The translations under genes were made by a program, and so were the position numbers. A stretch of DNA of 64,000 bases, taken from assembly GCA_963693365.1 (NCBI GenBank), contig CAVNZM010000002.1, forward strand, positions 7,284,454-7,348,453. Reading direction: 5' to 3'. Below the pieces are notes generated by a model that worked only from the letters and a program-made list of their open reading frames with translations, was not told the DNA's origin and did not search any database. Position 1 is the stretch's first letter. Each line of letters opens with the position of its first letter. Below are positions 13,015 to 27,488 of the stretch, piece after piece. Source of the stretch: Amoebidium appalachense. Its lineage: Eukaryota > Protista > Ichthyosporea.

Positions 13015-14389
13015 CGTGGGGGGAGGCAGGCGAAGGTAAGTAGAACTTGACGCAGAATCAGCGACGCTCCGAGCAGAATTATTCTGCAAAAAGCAGAATT
13101 ATTCGCAAAAAACAGTATTAATCTGCAAGCAGAATTATAGTTCAAAAATTGAATAATTCTGCTTTGAACAAAAGAATGATTCTGCAAAACCAGCATTTTT
13201 ATTATTTTTTGTTTTATCACGTTTTGTTCCCGGAGGACCTTTGAAGGCCCTCGAGAGAACTACCGCCTACCGTGCACACAGCACCGACAGTACAGACGGT
13301 TAGGGAGCCATCTATCTGCTCTGCTAAGCTAACCCATCCTTCACAAACCTAACTATTAGTACACACTTTGCCCAGGGTTACTACCCCAGCCACGCCGGCA
13401 GGATTGCGAAACCAGAACGATTCTGCAAAAACAGCCAGGCTATGCAAAATCCTAGTAGAAGCCTACTGTACATCCCTTTGAACTCAGGTGTGTGCCTGTG
13501 CCGTGCACACAACACGGACAAAGACACGTGTAAATGCCTCGTTAGTTTTTTCACGGTGATCAACGTGCCTCGGAAGGGGTAGCGAGAGAGAGAAAGAGGG
13601 AGAGAGGAAGAGAGGGAGGGGGATGGAACTGCTTCAATACAAACGATATATGATTCATCATGCATGATCATGCGCATGCACCTGCATGCGGGCATGTCTG
13701 CATGCCCTGGTGATATTATCGTTTTTTGAGCAGTTCCATACCAGTAAACACACTGTCTTACTCTGGGTGAATGAAGGTGAAAGCACATACAGTAGCAGAA
13801 CATGCACTACAAAAAAAACCACGTGGTGACGTGGCACCAGGTCCCACAATGGACAGATGGATGGGCTGTGGCCCGGCTTTGTCACAATTTTGGAATGCTG
13901 ATGGTGCTTGTTTACATTCCTTGGAGATGGACATTGGACAATTCAAGGACGTGAGCCGATGACATACGGCTTGCAGCAAGCGTTCATCTTTGATATCATG
14001 CCTGTGGCCTTCGAAAACGCATAGTAAGAAAAATAGAATAAGAATAAGAATAAAGCTCTCTCTGATAGAGTATTCTCATGTGTTCATGGGGAGATTACAA
14101 GGCCAGTGCCACACAACGGCCTCATGATCACGGTTTGATAACCCAGGAATGTTATGATGAACATTCCAGAGATGACAAAAAGCACATGACATCGATAGAA
14201 CGAGAGCTTGAATGGTCAGCACACGAAAGAGGAGTAGAAATTTTAGTAGCAAATAGAAATTAAAGCAGCAGAAAACAAATGAGGAAGGGAATGGCGGCTG
14301 GACACTGTTCAAAGCAGGCCAGCTAGCTGGCGAGGTAAGCAGGCGAACATCGCACCGTCGCACACAAACAAAAGCATTACGGAGCATCT

Positions 14390-14490
14390 GATTGGTGGAT
14401 CTGGTGCGTTTGTAACGATTGGATTATTGTGTATACTTTATTGCCGTTTATGATTGGATGCATGGTCTAGCCAACAAGTATATAATAAGC
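14390..14490 (+). promoter_or_regulatory. Putative core promoter of the membrane-protein gene
   Basis: Three reverse CCAAT boxes (GATTGG near 14390, 14417, 14452) followed by TATATAATAA near 14479, about 90 bp upstream of the ATG at 14573. Confidence 0.5.
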
Positions 14491-14572
14491 ACCCGCTCAC
14501 TTGAAAAAGACATCGCAGCCGATTGACTCTCTTGTTCTTTGTGTACCGGCAGCAATCGACTACCCAGCCATC

Positions 14573-16828
<2,256 letters not shown>

Positions 16829-17002
16829 CTTCTTGTCCGTTCCAGTAAGGCTAACTAGTTAATTAATGATTAGGATATGTACGTGTGTGCCATGCATTCA
16901 ATTCAACGTAAATAGGGACATTGCATTCCATGCGGCACCATATGCCCAGGGCTCTATTACTTCTGCTCTTGTGTATACACTGGCCCGCAGGACTATCTAA
17001 GC

Positions 17003-17671
17003 TTGTATCGGAAAGACGAGATAAGAAGTGATTATGCAGGCAACGAGTACCGCCGCAACTCCCCTCCCAAACCGCCGGCTAAGGGGAACACCCAAGCAAA
17101 CGGTAACATCAACATCCCACCCAAATACGAGAGGGTGTATTTCAAAGTCAAGCACGGCAGACGCCCACACAGGGCCATGTGGTCCATCTTCAAGGCTCTC
17201 GGCTTCCGGTGCTCTCGCATCCTTTGTCTGTCCTTCATTGGATACGATGTGCTGGAAGTAGCAGTACGGGGCGACTATAACCGTGCGTTCATCCGTGACG
17301 CGACAAAGGGGTGTGGAAGCTTCTTCACCCACCTCCCAAGCTACGACCCATGCGCGCCGGAAAACATTCAGAAAGCAGACAAAGAACGTAAAGTGTCTGC
17401 TAAGAATGCGTGCGCCACACGTTGTCGTGTACGCATCAGCAAGGCAAAAGAGTTCCTCGCAAAGTTGGAAAACGATGCTACGAGCGTGATAGACACGGAC
17501 ACGAAGGAACCAATGTTTTCTGGTGAGAAACTGCTCGAGCGCAAACGCCGATGCGAGATGGAAATCGAGCTCTTCTGCGAACTGTTCGCGCTGGCGGAAG
17601 GTCGTGCATACGACCCCGTAAGCGACAAGTGGGAACCAACCCCACAGGTGTCGGACCAAACCGATGCCTAA
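17003..17671 (+). CDS. LINE ORF1 (probably 5'-truncated)
   Basis: 222-codon open frame without an ATG start, directly upstream of the APE ORF and overlapping it by 8 nt. Confidence 0.65.
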   Translation: MYRKDEIRSDYAGNEYRRNSPPKPPAKGNTQANGNINIPPKYERVYFKVKHGRRPHRAMWSIFKALGFRCSRILCLSFIGYDVLEVAVRGDYNRAFIRDATKGCGSFFTHLPSYDPCAPENIQKADKERKVSAKNACATRCRVRISKAKEFLAKLENDATSVIDTDTKEPMFSGEKLLERKRRCEMEIELFCELFALAEGRAYDPVSDKWEPTPQVSDQTDA

Positions 17672-20600
17672 TTTATCCTTCTTCTTCTGGAATGCTCGGA
17701 CACTGGGCCCCCAAAAGGGCCTCACCCCCGGGACACTCGACGATAAAATCAGCTACATACAACAACAGACAAACAACCACACGTTTACAGTGATTTGCGA
17801 AACACAGTTTAAAAACCACCACAAATTCAACTCTACATTGGTCGACACATCCACACACCCCGGTTACGCGAAAAACCGAGGCATTATTGTACTTGCCGCA
17901 CCACACGTGAGAGTGAAGTGCAAACCGGTAGCAAAAACGGAATTCTCGGTTTCTATAGAGTTTCTTTCTAATGTTTTTACTTTTGTATATTACCCACCAT
18001 CTATGTCGGTTGTCGAATTGACTCACGAGTTGTCACAGTTACCAATGTCCACTGTTATTTTAGGTGATTTTAACACGCGACTCCACCACACAGACACACT
18101 GCAAGTGAGTGTCGGGTACCCATCTAAGCCCCCGGAGCGTGCTATCCCTTTAGCAAGGTATGTCCAAAGTCACACTTTGCGGTTCCCTCAAATATCCCAT
18201 GCCCACAACACCGACTGGGGAGTGGCCTTTTGGCCATGGCATGAACCATGTCAAAACTCTCTCTCCCTCCTAACCTCTCTAGGTCATCTGACCACTCTCC
18301 TATCCTTTTCCTACCTAAGATCTCCCTTGATCTGCTCCCCCCTCCCCCTCCCACCTTTCGCCTCCGTCTATCCCAGCTTAAGTCACAGTGGGGTAGAGTT
18401 GATGTATGTGTATGCTATGCTACGAAACACCCTATATATATGCGCCTATTAGAATCTGCACAAGCCAGGCCAGATTCACATCTCGTACTAGATACATGCA
18501 CTAACTTTATGGTTGATGATTTGATAGATCTCGGTGATTATGCTGGCGGTGGTAGGAAGGAATATCCCGATGCTCTCTTGTTACCAAACACCACTCCCGC
18601 TAGACTAGGTGAACCCCTGTCTCAAAAGGAAAGCTTGCGCCGGCTTGCTAGTATGAATCGATTTGGCCCCCCTGCTCGTATTATTGGTGATACCACTGGA
18701 GACCCCCTCATAGACTCTGATAAGTATTTCTCGGAACTGTTTAAAGATAGGACCCCCGCTCAGAAACCTATTGTGTGGCCTGTAGACCCATCTATCCCCA
18801 TAGAATCGATCCTCCCCTTTTTCAGTCCCGATGCCATATGGTCTGTGATATCTAGTTATAGCTCTAGTAAGTCTTGTGGACCTGATGGACTCCCTGCTGG
18901 GTTTCTTAAAATCCTTGTTCCCTCCTACCCACAAAAGGAAAGTGATCGTGCTATTAAACCTGATCTTACTATCATGTTAAGCTCTCTCTTTTCTTGGTGT
19001 GTTAAATGTGGACATGTCCCGTCATCTTGGTTAGATACCTTAGTGATCCCCATAGTTAAGAAGGACTCTGAGGGCCCCATATCATCCTTTCGCCCCATTA
19101 CACTAACCCAGGTTGTTCGTAGATTCTTTGAAGCTTGCTTACTTAGGTTATTTGCACATCACCCTAGGTTTCAATCTATTCTTCACATACACCCATGCCA
19201 ATCCGCTTTTCGTAAAAACAATTCATGTTATGTTCAAATAATGGCACTGCACGATTCTATGCAAGTTGGTGCACAATATGTTGGCTTTATTGATTGGAAA
19301 ACTGCTTACGATTCTGTCTCCCCTGGTCTCCTATGGGAAAAGCTTGCTGCACGGGGTGTACCACACTGCATTGGTGTTCTGTTAGAAGCACTCTTGTCTC
19401 AAACCTATGGTAGAGCTGTGGTTAATGGGCATCTTTCATATGGTTTTGCTCGTACTAGAGGTCTCTTGCAGGGTTCATTGCTTAGCCCCTTTTTGTTTAA
19501 CCTATTTATAGATGATTTGGCTGTCAAGATTTACGCCGAAAACGATGACCCTATTAATAACTTTCCGCCTGCACTTCTCTATGCTGATGATCTGTCCCTC
19601 CTTGCCCGTACCCCTAGACGCCTGCAAAGATTGTTCGATGTAGTGTCAGAGTGGTGCAAGGCAAACCTTATGATCCTTAACATAGACAAATGTGGGGTGT
19701 TCTTGTACCTGATATAGCTAACAATTTACACACATTTACATTATCATCTAAACCTGTACCTATAGTTCCAGAATACAAATATCTTGGTGTTCCGGTTGAT
19801 TCTGTTGGTGTTATGTTTCCCCATATGGTCGAAAAGAGGGTAGAGTTGGCTCGTAAGCGGTTAGCTTTCTTCTCGGCTAATATTTTTAAAGACACACCCC
19901 TCCATCCTTCTATTAGACTTACATTTATTCGCACTTTTGTCTTCCCGGCATGTGAATATGGTTTACCCCTTCTCGCCGCTTGGATCAAGAAAGAGAGAAC
20001 TAGAGCGCTTAAACCCTTGGCAAATTTCCTTGAAGCAGAAGTTGCCTCCTTTCTATCTAACAACTGTTGTAAACCTGGGCCTGTAACGCTCTCGATATAT
20101 GGTCTGGTCCCAATAGCTGCTAGAGTATCCTATCTCGCGCTGAAATTCAATAAGCACATAAGCCGCTTAAAGAAGTATTTGCCCTCCCACCCTCTCTTCT
20201 CTATCCGACCTGTCCCCTCCTCACCTCTCCCCTCTTTCCTCCCCTCTCTCTCCCCTTCTCCCCTGGGCACAAATACAAATAAACCCCGCAATAGTGTGTG
20301 TGTGACTTTGGACTGCCACTTACTTATTAAACATGTACACAATCACAAGATAATCACGCAATATAACAAATGGAAAAAGATACCACACGACACTAGACCC
20401 GATGAAAGCATACACCTTGAAAAACTAAGCCTTATGTCTCGTTTTATATATACTGACCGCCTCAACCATATTGCCAAATATGGCACTCGCAAGTGTATAA
20501 CACCTAAATACATATTACCTTCCTGTAGAACTGGTCTTTCTCTAGCTGATGGTATTATTGATCAATTACCACGCTTTTACTGTACACGTGCTATACAGTG

Positions 20601-20865
20601 GAGATCTAATAAGTATAAGGTGGCATCATTTGCATGCCCAAACAACACACACACACACCAGTTTAACCGGTCATGTATCGCCAAATGTAGTTTGATAGAC
20701 CACATAATACCGCAACACACACACGTCACATTCACAACAGACACCCAGAAAGATAGCCTACCTGTAAATTACAACATCCTTGATTCTATACTAAACACGC
20801 GTAACTACGACCTGTTTATTAGATGTATTGATTGGCTTGAGAAACACATCACTACAAAATTATAG
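17664..20865 (+). pseudogene. LINE ORF2 (AP endonuclease + reverse transcriptase) broken by two frameshifts (~18240 and ~19695)
   Basis: APE motifs FWNART, ICET, YYPP, ILGDFN, SDHSP. RT motifs GPDG, FRPITL, FIDWKTAYDSV, GLLQGSLLSPFLF, LYADD, YKYLG. The second frameshift is a GG insertion relative to the copy at 37838. Confidence 0.92.
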
Positions 20866-20869
20866 CGCA

Positions 20870-20944
<75 letters not shown>

Positions 20945-20976
20945 CCAGCTGATACCGAGTGTCCCGAGGGGAGCCC

Positions 20977-21017
<41 letters not shown>

Positions 21018-21354
21018 GGGGAACCCCAACTAATTGATTTCTCCTTGTAGTCTTTATGGTGTCTCGTAGAGAAAGTAAACCCTGATATATAGTCACCACC
21101 CGACATCTATGTACGTGATCATGATATACCGCTGAGGGGATATTCCGAGCAAACCCCCCCCCCCCATACCTGAGACTGGTTCTCTTTGCCTCGAGTAAAC
21201 AGCGTAAACCCCAAGTGATTAGATCTAGCATTCCATAAGAAACAGGAGCCCCGGCTAGGCAAAGCGGTGAGATGATAATTAGCTAGATACTGTTAAACTT
21301 TTTGGGATTCATGGTTCCTCAGGCATATTATTTATATCGTGAGTGAAACAGTGA

Positions 21355-21834
21355 TGTAAACAGTTGGACTAGTTAGGATAAGGCAGAGTACAACTGAATC
21401 AAAATAAAGACAGAGAACGGGTAGAAAGGCACACGCGGCCAGGTTGCTTTTACTATGGGCCGACTCAGTCTGTCTCAGACTTCACTGATGTGATCCCCGT
21501 ACTGGGACGGCTTTGTTATATAGCCCCCAGGTTTCGGATCACGGCCCAGGATTGGTTCATCCGCGGCCAGCGCGGGTGGCAACATGCCATTCGTGATTCT
21601 GGTGTGGTCCGAGCCAGTCAGACCTTTGTCCTATTTATGCAAACCTCTTATTGGTTCATTTCGCTTATGTGGTATGCAGCGGAAGAACCATAAATGGTTC
21701 ACTTCTTAGGTTAGAGTGATTCCGATTGGTGCCGACATAATATTTATGTGATATTCGTGACAAAGCACGAATCGTGTGCTAGTACATCACATTCTTTAGA
21801 AAACATGTACAGTTCATGTGTACAGTTGTTTACA
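21355..21834 (-). repeat. 480-bp LTR (3' LTR of a minus-strand element)
   Basis: TGTAAACA...TGTTTACA termini, with the polypurine tract AAGGGGGGGAG (minus strand, 21835-21845) abutting the LTR. Confidence 0.85.
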
Positions 21835-23400
21835 CTCCCCCCCTTGTCGGGAGCCTGGTGGTATCGTTAGACAAGCAAACCACCAGGCTGAGAGGCGATA
21901 AACAACCATCAGCGAGATTTTGTGTGCGCCGAGCTGCTGGACAGAACAGAGCAAGGACGGTGGAATAGAGTTGTGCACGTCTATGAGCACTTCTTCATTT
22001 GCGAAAACACAAATTCATGCAGCATTCTTCTATGTTTTCATTTTCGTTTGCAGAATGTGCGTGCGAATTGTTCGCTTCGTTACTGTGCTTGGCTTTTGTT
22101 TCGTAGAAGTGAGTGGTTTCCTTTTTTTTGGTTTTTTCCTTTTTAGGAATTCTTCCGCGAATTCGTTTTCAATTGCGAGTACTTTGGTTGTGTGGATGAA
22201 TGACCATACCAAACATTCGATAATGAATATAACTCAAGCCTTAGGCCACTTCGTAGCTCAGGTAGTGGTGGATAGCTTCAAGGCTTAGCCACTGCTCCTT
22301 ATCCCGGTTCTATCTTAAGACTGTAAGGCGAGTCACCATGGCCGGGAAAGCCACTTCTTCCATGAACAAAGAGCACTTCTTTCCTTTCAGCTTTAACCCT
22401 GCATCATCGGAGCCGGGAATAACATGAATAAAAATGCCCTAAGTGTTCTTCGGTGGGTGACATAAAGAAATAGATCAGCCCGTTAGAATCAGTAAAAACC
22501 CGGTTCATAATTCATAAGACGAGGGTAAGCAAATCAAGCCTTATTCGTGATCAGAAACACATGCTTCCATTCGTGAGCAGTTTTCGTATCCCATTGCCAG
22601 CCATTTTCGTTGAGCAGGGGGATTCCAGGCATAATACATTCTTCTGGAGGCTTGGCCTAAAAAGAAAAGTCGCTACAGTCGCCCTTTCTTTTGTAAGCAA
22701 CTTCGTGAGCGCGCTTCGTGTTTTCATATCCTCCAGTGCAGGTCTGGATGGTGCCACATCCTCTGCTTCATTTGTAGGTGGCCCTACAGTTGGTTCTGTT
22801 CGTTGTGTGGAAAACCAAAACCATTCGTGTTCGTGGAACTGCTTTGTGCTGTGAAAGTTTCTTTCGTGTTGGTGTTCATGAAGTTACCCCATTCACACAC
22901 CTACTACTTTCATACATCAGACGTAAGTAGCTGCCTGGGGAGTGTGTGGTTCGTGTTCGTGGCATTCTTCTGTTCCTTCGTGAGAAGAATATTCGTTTTA
23001 GCAGAGGTGCCCAATAAGGCAGCTTGCTGGGTTGTCTCCCGCCTGTGCCCATTGGTGGGGTATGCACGTGTTAAATTGTTACAGTGTCATCATATTGCAA
23101 GGGAATAACATGGTCACCTCCGTACCAGGGCCTATAGCTAGGTACACATGATGGTCCGATGTGTTAGTCAACAACACCTTGCATTCGTTCGTATTCGTCT
23201 TCCACGTCACTTTCTTCAGTAGTGAAGGAGGGTATTCGTAATTCGAAACTGAAAGGCTTCCAGCCAAAATACTGACACTGTATGCTGGGGTTATGAGGGA
23301 ACGGTGCCCATACCACATTCTTTTGTTCTGGTGGGGGTGTGCCGGCAGCTAGTGCAAGGCTTGACAGTGTAATTCGTATGTAACAGTTACAGTATTGCCA
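21355..23400 (-). mobile_element. Degenerate Ty3/gypsy LTR retrotransposon remnant
   Basis: Minus-strand relics MNRVF..SPTEEHLGH..AGLKLKGKKCSLFMEEVAF (RT C-terminal half, ~22340-22510) and a post-protease-like KVLLTNTSDHHVYL..GT segment, plus PPT and LTR. The right boundary is approximate. Confidence 0.72.
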
Positions 23401-23879
23401 CAAACGGGCAATCACCTTAAAATACGTACCCAACACCTTCGTTTGTTTTTCACATGCATGAACAAAAGTTCTGCATCGACTTTATTACATGCCTTCTGTG
23501 CACCAAGAGTGCAAATTCGTTGGGGCATGGCACCAGGAAGGGCCATACATGAGGCATATGTTCGTAATGTGTTTAGGCATGCCAGCATACATTCATGCGC
23601 ATCAACGGTTGTGCATCCTGTGCGCTAAACTATGGGGCATGCTGTATTCGACAACAGCAAGAAATTCGAAGCATGCATGAAAAACTACTTTCACAGCACC
23701 TTATGTCCTACATGCTATAGGAACAGCGACTATCTTCTTCTTTAAATGCATTCGTGCTGAAAGTGGCCGTGCGTGTGTACGTGCGCGCGCGCGTGAGTGT
23801 GTGCGTGTGTGCGTCTGTGTTTGTGCATGCATGTATGAGCGTGTGTGTGTGTGTGTGTGTGCGTGTGTGCGTGTGCGCG

Positions 23880-23975
<96 letters not shown>

Positions 23976-24308
23976 ATGCATGCATGGATGCGTGTTGGTG
24001 GTTGTGTAGGTGGTTTGGTGGGTGGGTGGGTGTGGGTGGTTGGACAGGTAGATGGGTGGGTGGGTGGGTGGGTGAGTGGGTGGGTGAGTGGGTGGGTGGG
24101 GGTTGAGTGGGGATGATAGGAAGGGAGGCAGAGAGGCCCAAAAAAGAAGGTGTACAGTGTCACATGGACGAGAAGTGTTAATCCCCCCCCCCTCCCCCCC
24201 CTCCCCCCCCCCCCCCTCCTGTCCCCTTTTTTGGGGGCTTCAAGGCTTTTCGAATTTTTATTTTGACTGTTATTTCAAATTATTGGTATTTTTCTTTTTT
24301 TTTTTTTT

Positions 24309-24339
<31 letters not shown>

Positions 24340-24630
24340 GGGGAGGGTTGGGAGGTAGGGGGGAGAGGAGGGTGGGGATGAAGGGGGACAAGGAGGAGAC
24401 TTCGGGGTGTTTAAGGCTACTAAGATTTTAACGCGTGTGCCCGGGGAGGGTTGTAAACATGGCTATGTTGTGTGGGTGGGGTGCAGAATATAAGCCGGTG
24501 TTGAAAGGGGGGAATGGGGAGGGGAAGGGAGGGGAGAATTACAGAGGGAGATAATTAAGGAAGAGGGGGGGAGGGGGGGGGGGGGGGGGGAGGGGGAGGG
24601 GCAATTATGACTAGTGCATATCCATGTGTT

Positions 24631-24691
<61 letters not shown>

Positions 24692-25914
24692 TGCGTGCGT
24701 GTAAGTGTGTGCGTGTGTGTATGCGTGTGTGTTGCCTGCCTTCGTGTGTACGTGTGTGCGTGCGTGTGCACGTGTGTCACGATGTGTGCGCATTTGTGTG
24801 TGTGTCCAGGCGCGGGCTCCCTTGTGTGTGTGTAGGGGGCGGGGGGGGAGGGGGGGGGGGGGAAGGGGGGGGGGGGGGGGAAGATAGCCGTGTATGTATG
24901 TGTGTATAGAGAGTGTGGAGGCATGTTTCGTGGGGGAGGCTAGCAAGTGTATACGTACACGTGCCTGCGTGTGTGTTTGTGTATGTGTGTGTTGCGGGCG
25001 GACGGGCAGGAGGGGATGGGGGGGACGGGGGGGGAGGAGGGGGGGGGGGGGGGGAGGGGGTGCGGAAAGGGGGACAGGGTGGAAGGGGTGTTTGCGTTGT
25101 GGTAGTGGTTGGATGGGAAGAGGGGAAGGGAAAATGCAGGGATAGAAAATGGGGAATGGATAGCACGGAGGGTGCCGACAGGAAGTTGGCAGAAAATTAG
25201 GGGGGAGGAAGGGAGGGTGGCGGGCGGGGGGAGGGGGGGGGGGGGGGGGGGGGGGGGAGGGGGGGGAGGGGGGGGGGGGGGGGGGGGGGGGGGGCTGCTT
25301 GCCATTAATCGGTTTCTGGTAAATTATTTGAAATTGCGAGCCTTTTGGGACTGTGTGTGTACGTGGAAGTGGTGACGTGTCTGGGAAAGAGGAGGGCAGC
25401 TGAGAAGAGAGAAGGGGAGGTGTATGTGTATGTGTGTGTGTGGGGGGGGGGGGGGGGGGGGGAGGGGAGGGGGGTTGGGGTGGGGGTGGGGGGAGGGGGG
25501 AGGGGGGTAGACGGGAGAGTGTGGGGGGAAGGGGAGGGAGGGCTTGTTGTAACACCGTGATTATCGTGCAAAGGTACGATCGAACAGACATCAAAAGGGA
25601 TGCACGAGTCTTAGTTGATTGTTGTTACCTTCTAATATCATATAAAATTAACATTACTGCTTTAGTGTCTAAACACATTTGGTATTATTTTTTCATATTA
25701 TCACAAGACCTAATAATTGTTAAGTGTCTTAACACAAATGGTAAAAGGGGGAAGGGAAGGGGCGGGTGGGTTCAAAGGGAAATGAAGATTCGGATTGTGT
25801 GAGCTGGATAGGTGTGTGGGTGCACGGGTGCGTGTCGGTCGGAAAGGTTGGATTGGGCATACTCAACTGCAAGGGCAGTGGCTAACTGCACAAACTAAGA
25901 GACGCAGATTCACC

Positions 25915-25947
<33 letters not shown>

Positions 25948-26198
25948 GGGGGGGGGGGGGGAGATTGAGGTGTGGGGATGGGGGGGGGGGGGGGGGGGGG
26001 GGGACGGGACGGGGATCGAGGGAGGAAAGGGGGAGGGAGGAGAGGGGCATTATTCTGTAACCAATATCAATACAGGATGTACCCTCTCTGTTGCCCTAAT
26101 ATTCTATGTTTGTGTTGCTTTCGGCTGCCTCTGTTCTGAAATAATACCGGAGGCTCTGGATTTTGTGATTGTGTAAAAAGAGGTCGGGATGGGGGAAA

Positions 26199-26229
<31 letters not shown>

Positions 26230-26263
26230 CTGAAGGGTGAGGGGGGGAGGGGGAAAGCACCCA

Positions 26264-26294
<31 letters not shown>

Positions 26295-27173
26295 CACACA
26301 CACACCCACCCTCTTTCCCCCACGAAAAGGCAGAAATAGGAGGGGGATGGGTGCCAAAATGATGTACGGGGGGAGGGGGGGGGGGGGGGGAGGGGGAAGG
26401 GGGAGGGGGGAGGAGGGAGGTTCATGGGGGGCATGTGACCGTCGGATTTAGGAGCAACGACAAACACGATGCAGAACGTGATCAAAAGCAAAACGAACAA
26501 AAATATGCATTGTGGAGGTTGTGCTGGTGATGATGGTACCAGGGGGGGAGGGGGGGGGGGGGGGAGGGGAGGGAAGGGGAGAATGAAGAGGATGGATAAA
26601 GGAGACAGGATGGGACGGGAGGAACGTGACAGGGACAAGGCGGGAAGGGGGGGGGGAGGGGGGAAGGGGGGAGGGGGGAGGGGGGGGGGGAGGGGGGGAA
26701 GGGGGGAAGGGGGGAGGGGGGAGGGGGGGGGGGGAGGGGGAAGGGGGAAGGGGGAGGGGGGGGGGGAAGGGGGAAGGGGGAGGGGGGGGGGAGAGGGTAT
26801 TAGGAGCGGGCAAGGGGAGTAGCGCGTGGCCACCATGCTTGAAAAAAAGAAGCAGGCTTGAAATTACTTTTAAGTTTTATTCATCAGCTACATCAGTTGT
26901 ATCGACAGTCTTTGTTGCACTTGGCTGCATTTTACGTTACAAATGCACGCCAAGATGCACTATACAAAGCTAAAAAAAAACTTTTGCTATAGTTTAAGCG
27001 TTATACTAGTCATATAAAAATAAGTAGAATATAGAGAAAGTGCAGTTTCACTTTCCAGCAGTAATGCTAGCTGTACACGTGGTGGCTGTAAACCAGTTAC
27101 GTTGCACCATTTGGACTCACCGGGAAATTAAATTAACAAAACCCGTCAAATTCCCAAAATAAAAACGGAAAGA

Positions 27174-27331
<158 letters not shown>

Positions 27332-27488
27332 GCACGCACACATGCACATGCACAAATGCGCATACTCATGAACCTACTCCAAAAAAAAAAAAAAAAAGAT
27401 CAATGCTCAAAAAAAAAAAAAAAAAAAAAAGAAGTGAAAATCAACTAAAACGTAAACACATTAAGAAAATCTCGCATTGCCAAATCCG

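Larger units (their letters stand above)
17003..21016 (+). mobile_element. Non-LTR retrotransposon (LINE) with ORF1, APE-RT ORF2, (CA)n 3' UTR and poly-A; 5' end uncertain
   Basis: ORF1, APE and RT motifs are present, followed by an ~36-nt poly-A at 20981-21016. No TSD was found. Confidence 0.93.

Noticed and set aside
16997-17725. 242-aa minus-strand ORF
   Set aside because: It is the antisense shadow of LINE ORF1 and has no motif.
23079-23436. Integrase upstream of RT (Gmr1-like order)
   Set aside because: The resemblance is weak and the alternative frame fits the usual post-protease linker better, so canonical order is assumed.
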